A DNA stretch of 64,000 nt, from the NCBI GenBank assembly GCA_964016885.1, contig OZ024742.1:196788001-196852000 (forward strand), given 5' to 3'. Under the pieces are notes generated by a model. The model was not told the DNA's origin and made no database searches. It saw nothing but the letters and a program-made list of their open reading frames with translations. This document shows positions 55,120-64,000 of this stretch, piece by piece. The DNA is from Eledone cirrhosa. Its lineage: Eukaryota. Both the position numbers and the translations under genes were made by a program. The number at the start of each line of letters is the position of its first letter. The first letter of the stretch is position 1.

Positions 55120-55493
55120 TAATTATATAAATAATGAAAAAAAAAAGAAGAGGAAAGAGGCTTAGACGGGCAGATCTGGCTGTATAGGAAAGTAAAGGAA
55201 AGGACTATGAATGCCATAAATGGGAAGAAAAAGAGGGAAAGAACAAGGACTATTAGGTCACGGAAGAAGGAGAGGGTGACAGATTCTATGCCTAGGTCAG
55301 GGCAGTGTTTCGGCTGCGTCCCACGGACAAAACTGCAAAGGCATTTCCGCAGACAAGCCGTAACAGCCACTCCACCTCGCGGGGCTCCGATTTTACGGAG
55401 GAACTCGGCTTTACGGAGTCCGAGGATGCCTGAGGTGTTAACGGTGACCGGTGCAAATACAATTGAAAGTAATATATTATTTGGTAGAGACGA

Positions 55494-55495
<2 letters not shown>
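55120..55495 (-). mobile_element. CRE-like (RLE-type) non-LTR 3' end fossil
   Basis: [21 protein letters not shown] then frameshifted [20 protein letters not shown], resembling the CRE-clade C-terminus. Confidence 0.68.
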
Positions 55496-55562
<67 letters not shown>

Positions 55563-55627
55563 CATATATACACACACATATATATATATATTTATATATA
55601 TATACATATATAAATATATACATATAT

Positions 55628-55680
<53 letters not shown>

Positions 55681-55691
55681 TATATATATAT

Positions 55692-55730
<39 letters not shown>

Positions 55731-56062
55731 TATATATATACAAATATAAATATATACATATATACCCAAATGGTGGATTTTACCACCTTTCCAGGGGGTC
55801 CGGGTAAATTTTTCAATCATGTATATTTTTATTTGTTTGATCCGGAATTACTTGATCGTATTTTTTGGCTGTGCGAATGATTGTTTAAACATCGTCTCAG
55901 TGTGTTTGGTATTAAACGTTAGTTATAGCTCTGGTTCATCCGAACCATTGAGCACTTTGCCACACATTTCGGAGATTGTTTTTCGTTATTTCGTGGGCCG
56001 AAGTTCAATTCTCGATAATTTTATTTATATATATATATATACATATATATACATATATACAT

Positions 56063-56134
<72 letters not shown>

Positions 56135-56135
<1 letters not shown>

Positions 56136-56320
56136 ACAAATTCAATATAGAAATGGCTAAAACTGTTGACTAAAACTGTTTCATTCGAAGGAAGTCATCA
56201 GTCGAATGAAACAGTTCTAGTCCTGTAGAAGCTATATTAAATTTGTTGTCTACACTCTACTAATGTATTGAGTACGTTACTACCTGTGGTTACCCCCGAT
56301 TGAACCCAGGACTCATCCTC
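56135..56320. mobile_element. Small pLTR-like element with hammerhead-like core and partial fold-back; related copy 19420-19550 (-)
   Basis: Minus strand CTGATGA (56195-56201)...GAAA cagt; plus strand GAAA cagt TC at 56208. Confidence 0.6.
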
Positions 56321-56321
56321 C

Positions 56322-56356
<35 letters not shown>

Positions 56357-57152
56357 AAATACTTTTTACCCAACAAAACCTAAATATAGTTAAAAGGCCT
56401 GAAGAGTGAATTAACATATAATTGCTTGTAATGTAGTTGAAGATAAATCCTGAGACGAAATATTTTGTGCTGCATCAGTGTTACTAATAATATGATGTAG
56501 TAAGCTGAAAATAATTTCTAATAAGTTATAACCATTACGGGGAGAAAAATTACGAGTAATTATAAGAATTACTCTTAAAAAAGTGAAGGAAAGAACTTCT
56601 GATATTCCAATTGACCAAAAATAAATGAAGAAATGAGAGAAGAGAGGGGAGTGAGATTTATCCTCAGTAGCCATGGTAATAATTTCAGAAATGGTGATAA
56701 GTAGAAGGGAGAGGCATGTGAGATTTATTTTCAGTAGCCATAGTGATAACTACGTAAATATTTCGGTCTTATTATACCTCTTCAGGGAAGCATAGTTAAC
56801 ATAGAGTTACCAAGGCCTCAAAAAGATTTTTTTAAATGTAAAAATAGTTAACTGGTTAGGCAAATTAAATATGAGATTGCAAAGAGTGTGCTTTCTGCAT
56901 GAAGAACATATAGTTAAGTGCTGTTCAAGTTACTTTATTTAATGAGTCGAAATAAGTTTTAATACATTGGAATTATAATAGCAATGAGAAGAAAAGCCAT
57001 TAACGTTAATGAAAGTTATTCTCAAAAGTGGTATAATATTGATATTCCCTAATATAGACTAGGTTTTGTTGTTTTTGTTAAGGGAAATGGTAAATTAGAT
57101 AAAATAGCTATATAACAAGAATAGTTTAAAGTTAGGTTTGTCAGATACTTAC

Positions 57153-57224
57153 AGGTGGCCCAGGAATACCTGGTAGTCCAACAGGACCCATTACACCCGA
57201 ATGACCTGGAGGACCAGTGATACC
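57153..57224 (-). CDS. FACIT-like collagen, first exon visible in window (72 bp, phase 0-0): GITGPPGHSGVMGPVGLPGIPGPP
   Basis: 8 perfect Gly-X-Y triplets; pyrimidine tract + AG acceptor and GTAAG donor on the minus strand. Confidence 0.93.
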
Positions 57225-57265
57225 CTAAAATTGTAAAATGAAAAAGAAAAAGAAATTAGTTCAAC

Positions 57266-57326
<61 letters not shown>

Positions 57327-58048
57327 GGTGAATTGGCAGTATCGGTAGAGGGTCGGACGCCATGCTTTCCAGCATAGTTACGTCCCTTTACGATCTGAGT
57401 TCAAATCCCGCCGAGGTTGACTTTGCCTTTCATCCTTACGGGGTCGATAAAATAAAGTACCAGTAATGCACTGGGTAATTGCTGGCCTTGTGCCAAAAGT
57501 AGAAACAGTTATACATATATATACATAAAAAATCATAAAAAAATGCATTAAAATAAATTCTGTTTTATATGCATCATTTAAATTACATTAGGCGGTGGAT
57601 TGGCAGTATCGGTAGAGGGTCGGACACCATGCTTTGCAACACAGAGTTACGGCCTTTTACGGTCTGAGTTCAATCCCGCCGAGGTTAACTTTGCCTTTCA
57701 TCGGTCCGGGTAGAAACAATTATTTAAATTAGGTAAACGTTTTTGGGTGTTTACATACATTTGAATTATGTCTGTAGATCATTTTATTTTTGAGAAAGGC
57801 TGTGAATTCCAATAGATACTGCCTGTACAGGTAATCAAAGTGAGTAAATTTTTTGGGACACCCTATATATATATATATATATATAGGGTGTCCCCCCAAA
57901 ATTATATATATACATATATATATATATATATTTATTAATAATAATACAATACAACAAAAGAAGATATGTAATTTTATGTTTGGCAGCATCAATAGTTTTA
58001 TATCAGTACATCAGTACATTAAGTACAACGAATCAACACACACACACA

Positions 58049-58194
<146 letters not shown>

Positions 58195-58217
58195 TACATA
58201 TATATACCTATGTATGT

Positions 58218-58276
<59 letters not shown>

Positions 58277-58487
58277 TGTATATGATGTGAGAAAAACCAC
58301 AGACCCTCCATCTCAACTCTACTTTTGAAAAGCAGAAGAACTGCGAAACCGGTAAAGGAACCAAATAAATATATATATTTTAAAAAAAATAAGACTCCAG
58401 TTGCATTTTCGATTTCATCTTTTTTTCTTTATACTTTCACTCGTGTAGGACACCTCGGTTATTTTTCATTTTGTAAAAAAACCTCAC

Positions 58488-58570
<83 letters not shown>

Positions 58571-58850
58571 CTTGAAACTAGTACAGCGTTCCTTTGTCAG
58601 TGTTGAACAAACGAGCAACGATGGTTGCTGGACACTACGGCTTAATACGGGATGTTTGTTTACAAACACAACGAGCATTATAATAAATGTTCGGTGAATT
58701 CATACGTACATATATATATGTGTGCATGTATGTATATATATATACATACTACTGTACGTCTGTATACATATATGTATGTACATGTACATACTTATATTTA
58801 AGTAACAGCCGTACTAAGAGTGGGAAATGAAATTTCGTTTCATTTTTTCC

Positions 58851-58934
<84 letters not shown>

Positions 58935-58963
58935 GTATATATATATATATGTATGTATGTGTA

Positions 58964-59045
<82 letters not shown>

Positions 59046-59702
59046 AAAGAATAGAGGTGTAACACACGAGTTATGATATATTGGTAAAAGGAAAAGAAAA
59101 TGCTGACAAATTGTTCCCAGTGAAAAATAGTTTAATTAGGAATAAGTAAAAATTAGTAATAGTATTGGTTAGTATTCAGTTTTGGTTTTAAGTTTTACCG
59201 GTTGCGCATTTCTAATGCTTTTCAAAAATAATTTTGAGATAGAGCGCCCGTGGTGTTTGCTCTAATCTGATTAGTTTTGGAAATTCTACCTGTTTTATGT
59301 AAAAAAAGTGGCTCCAGATGTATGAAAAAATTCTTTTTGTCAAAACAATTTTGATTGGTCGGTAGAGGTCATGTGAATGTTAAAAATTGATTTTGCGCCA
59401 AATGTAGGATTGTCTCGGCTGATTGAGAAGTCACTGAAAAATAAGTCTTTCAAGACAAATATGTGTGTGTGTGTAGTAGTAGTAGTAAAGAGCTTCGTTG
59501 TTGTGATAATAGTCAGCAGGGATGTGTGCGCGAACCGCAGCCTGTTGACAGTTCAAATGCCTATTAAGACAAGTGTGTGTGTGTGTGTGTGTGTAGCAGA
59601 GTAATTCGTGGTAGAGGGATGGTCAGTAGGAATGTGTCTGTACGTGTGTGGGGATATTTTAACATGTTAAAAGATATTTTTCAGCTCTTGTCTTATACGG
59701 AG

Positions 59703-59740
<38 letters not shown>

Positions 59741-60233
59741 CTCTTTGTATGTTAATGTACGCGTGTGTATGTGTGTGTGTATATATGTCTCTTTGTATGT
59801 TAATGTACGCGTGTGTATGTGTGTGTGTATATGTGTGTGTGTGTATGAGAATGTGTGTGTGTGTGTGTGGGTGGACCAGTATTTTTGTGATACTGGTAAA
59901 AATGGTGTACATTATTCGATATTTTCAGTAAAAACGATTCTCTCAATAGAACATCAAAAACCTTAATAATACAAGTTGTGAAATGATATATAGTATTGGC
60001 ATAATACCAAGGTGTGTGTGAGTGTCCAGATTGTACGTACTGCAAGGGGAATCCATTAGGCCTTGCCGTATTGGAATACTTGTGTACAAATATGTATGTG
60101 CCCATCAGTGTGCAATGCATGTGTGCGTATATGTATGTGTGTGTATCGGCACGTTTATATCTATAGACATCAAAAGGTATGCAAATTTGTGTATATTTGT
60201 GTTGCACCATAGAACATGTGTGTTTACGTATGT

Positions 60234-60318
<85 letters not shown>

Positions 60319-61981
60319 CTGATGTGAGAAAAACCACAGACCCTCCATCTCAACTCTACTTTTGAAAAGCAGAAGAACTGCGAAACCGGTAAAGGAACCA
60401 AATAAATATATATATTTTTTCAAAAATAAGGCCCCAGTTGCATTTTCGATTTCATCTTTTTTTCTATATATATATACACAAGGGATAACAAAATATCGTT
60501 ATAGGTAATCCAGTTAGAGGTTGTGAATACTTCTTATTATGGATAGTTTTAGCGTACGGCGTTGTTTGACTCAACAAGAGGTTTAGGTAGATGGCGAGTT
60601 TATGATTTCACTTGTATTCCTATGTAAGTTTATCTTGGAGTAATAACATTGAAAAAGTGAAGAATAACATGGTCAAAAGTACAAAAAAAAGGGATTTATT
60701 TACAGTCTAACAATTGTTTCACTGATTAAATTGTCTATAAATTGCTGAACACTGGAAGCAGTGTCACTCAATTTCAAATACGGTGATAGCTTAATCAGAT
60801 CATCAGAGACAGGGATTTGAACTCAGAATGTAAAGGGCCCTACCTTTGTACCACCGACATTTCTATCTGACGCTCTACCAATTCTGCCAGTCCACCTTAT
60901 ACATATATTGATTTATAATTTAGGCACAAGGCCAGCAAATATGGAGGAAGGGCAAAGTTGATTAAATCAACCCCATTATATAACTAGTACTTTACTTTAT
61001 CGACCCCAGAAGGATGAAAGGCAAAGTTGATCTTGGCGGGATTTGAACCCAGAATGTAAAGAATCAGAACAAATACTGCAATGGTATTTCATTCAACGCT
61101 CTACCGATTCTCCACATATATTAACAGTAATGCTATGAAATATGAAATATGAAAATATGAAAGCAATCAGCTGGTGAATGTCATTGCGCCATTTTAAAGT
61201 TTCCAGGCACAAACGTGTTTCAGCTTCGTCTGAATGCAGGAGAATTCGATTAAAGCCACCCTAGTATAAATATATTAATTTCATATCTTCATATTTCATA
61301 GAATTACTGTTAATATATGTGACGAACGTCGAATAAAATGCCATTGCGGGATTTGTTCTGACTCGTTACATTCTGAGTTCAAATTTCGCCAAGATCGACT
61401 TTGCCTTTCATCCTTCTGGGGTCGATAAAATAATGTACCAGTTAAATACTGGGTTGATTTAATCAACATTGCCCTTCCCCCTAAAAATTTGTTGGCCTTG
61501 TGCCTAAATTAGATATTAATATTTAATGTATTAGAGTGGAATGAAAAATAACATTAAAACCCAGGTAATATTTTAACAATTGACCCCTGGAATTGAACTC
61601 AGAATATAAAAAGTCAGAAATGGCATTTTAACCAACGCCCTACCAATTTTGTCAACCCATTACATTAGAATTTGTTAAATATTAGTTGTGTAACTAAATC
61701 TGTCAGTGTTAAATGAGATATCTTCTGTGAATATATTGTTTCACCCCGACATTTTGATCCACTGTAAGATGAAGCCTCAGCAATTATGCTAGTTAATATA
61801 TAAATACACGGATTCCTAACTTTTGGTGGGGTCGTAGGGACAGCATCGTAACATACGGCGTTTCTTGTTTCTTAGATGGGCTCCCTCGGGTATTTTAAAT
61901 CCGAGGGAGTCTATCTATCCTCCAGATCTTAACATAGTCGATTTATCTCTTCCTCAGAGAGTGAAAGAGATAGATAGATAG

Positions 61982-62070
<89 letters not shown>

Positions 62071-62509
62071 GAGAGAGAGAATCGACCACAGTACCTCAGT
62101 ACTGCGCTGGTACTATAGTTATCGACCTCGAAAGGATGAAAGGCAAAACAATCAATATATACTAACTACTACATCTTAATTCTTTGTAACATTATGGAAT
62201 CTACAGAGTTTTGGAATCCATTCATGGAAACAGGCCCCTTTCAGTCATGGCTGACTATGGCTTTGCACTTAGAAAGTTTCCCTCCGAGGCACAAGTTCGG
62301 TCAAAATGTTTTATGGAAGATCAGTAATCGTCTATGCATGCTAGTCTCTTCCCTCTCCACGCCATTTCGCTATCGATGTTGTTCAAGGGAAAGACTAAGG
62401 TTAATAAAGATTGGCACCAGTGACGACACAACACATTTTTTCCAGCTGATTGAACTGGAGCAACACGCTGTCCAGTCAGGGAATCGATTAGAAGCCAAAC
62501 ACTGTAACC

Positions 62510-62674
62510 CAGTCATGGGCAAACTGCGGTTGGCGAGCCGCATGCGGCCCATTTGGCTCTTTGAATGGCACGCCTAATTTAAAAATTGCCATGAATTTTT
62601 TTACTAGTGCGGCTCGCTTTATGAAGAGTCACATCCTATGCGGCCCACTGCTATAAAAAGGTAGCCCATGCCTG
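62510..62674. mobile_element. hAT (Charlie-like) MITE nested in a SINE
   Basis: TIRs cagtcatgggcaaact / aggtagcccatgcctg; decayed 8-bp TSD ctgtaacc / ttctaacc. Confidence 0.75.
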
Positions 62675-64000
62675 TTCTAACCACTACGCTATGCGCCTTC
62701 ACTTGTCATAACGGAATTTCAAATAACATTAATTTTGTTAAATTACTCAAAGTTTCCTCAATAGAGCTGAAGTTTTCCAGTACTGTATACTAATATATCG
62801 TTGACTGATCAATTAATATTTCAGCTATTTAAATCACCTGGATTGAATACAACATAGAAGTCTATACTGTTTGGTTGGTAAATTCCTGATACTAAGTGAC
62901 ATTTCATACTAATACTGATTGATAATGGTATTAATGGTTAGCTTTATGTTAGTGAAAGCGGTGAATTGTTAGAAACTTTTTCGGTATTTGTTCCGGCTCT
63001 CTGTGCTCTGAACTCAAACCCCGCCGTGGTCAACTTCGATTTTATCTATTCGAGATCGATTAAAAAAAGTACCAGTCCAGTACTAGGATCGATTATTCTT
63101 CATCATCTCTTTCTCGTCCCCTCTCTCTATTTCTTTCCTTCTCTGGAAGAAATCAGCTGTATTCAGACTTGGAGAGGGGATGGGCACCGCTAGGTTTAAA
63201 ATGCTCAAGAAATGCTGTATGTCACTACGGCACCACTACGACACAACCAGGAGTTGCAGGCCTATGTATGTATTTATACTATGTATCTATTTATACTTCA
63301 TGAATTAGGAACATCGATAGTTTCTTTATCATGGCACCATAGGAAAAAAACCAAGAATGTTGTTTATCCCAAGGCCAGCAGGGTAACTAGTGGAGGCAGT
63401 GGAACGGTTAACCTTTTACACTAGGCGGTACTTTTGCTCTACTAGATTGTTTTGCTGTGGGGTAGTGCTGGGAGCGAATTCAAGATCCTTCCCTCCCGGA
63501 CGCCACAAACCTTAGCAACGCCAGTTTAGAATGAACCGCTAAACAAGGAAATTTTGCTATAATTTCTACTTCAGTGAAAATACAGACATTCTAGTTTAAT
63601 AGTCAAACAGTTTGTAATGTGTTCCAAAATCTGCACATTATTGATTGGCAGTATCAGTGGAGCGTTGGCCAACATGTTTTGTGGCATAGAGTTACATCCC
63701 TTTACATTCTGAGTTCAAATCCCGCCAAGGATAACTTTACCTTTCATCCTTACGGGGTCGATAAAATAAAGTACCAGAAACACACTGGGGTCGATTTCAT
63801 CGACTTTCCTCTCTCCCAGAATTGTTGGCCTTGTGCCTAAATCAGAAATCATCATTGTATGGGGTTTCTTTGATACTGGACACCATAAACTGCCCCTGCT
63901 AGTGTTAAAGTATCATACATTTGGGGGGGGGGGGGGATATTGTCACGTTTTGTCGTTGCTAATTTTCTCTTAAATATAATTTCAGAGGCAAATAATTTTA

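Noticed and set aside
55770-55816. Possible extra collagen exon (LPGPPGK on minus strand)
   Set aside because: Only about two triplets, no AG acceptor with pyrimidine tract; flanking exons join in frame without it

Overview
Eukaryotic, AT-rich, repeat-dense genomic DNA. The SINE, RTE and microsatellite landscape suggests an octopus or other coleoid cephalopod (inference). One host gene is supported: the 3' part of a FACIT-like collagen (type IX/XXI/XXII-like) on the minus strand. It has 10 GT-AG exons between 57224 and 34473, totalling 867 nt = 288 aa + stop with consistent phases; its 5' exons appear to lie beyond the window. The rest is intergenic or intronic DNA filled with decayed retroelements (Tx1/L1, RTE with a PHD finger inside the RT, Penelope-like, and fossils of CRE, Hero and R4/Dong type), two tRNA-derived SINE families, DNA-transposon MITEs, long (TA)n tracts and a 6.4 kb array of a 47-bp unit. 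The most unusual recurring signal is a set of fold-back palindromes from several unrelated small elements, centred on or carrying hammerhead-ribozyme-like cores. Almost all ORFs in the supplied track are microsatellite or transposon artefacts. All family assignments are from motif recognition by eye; no database search was run.
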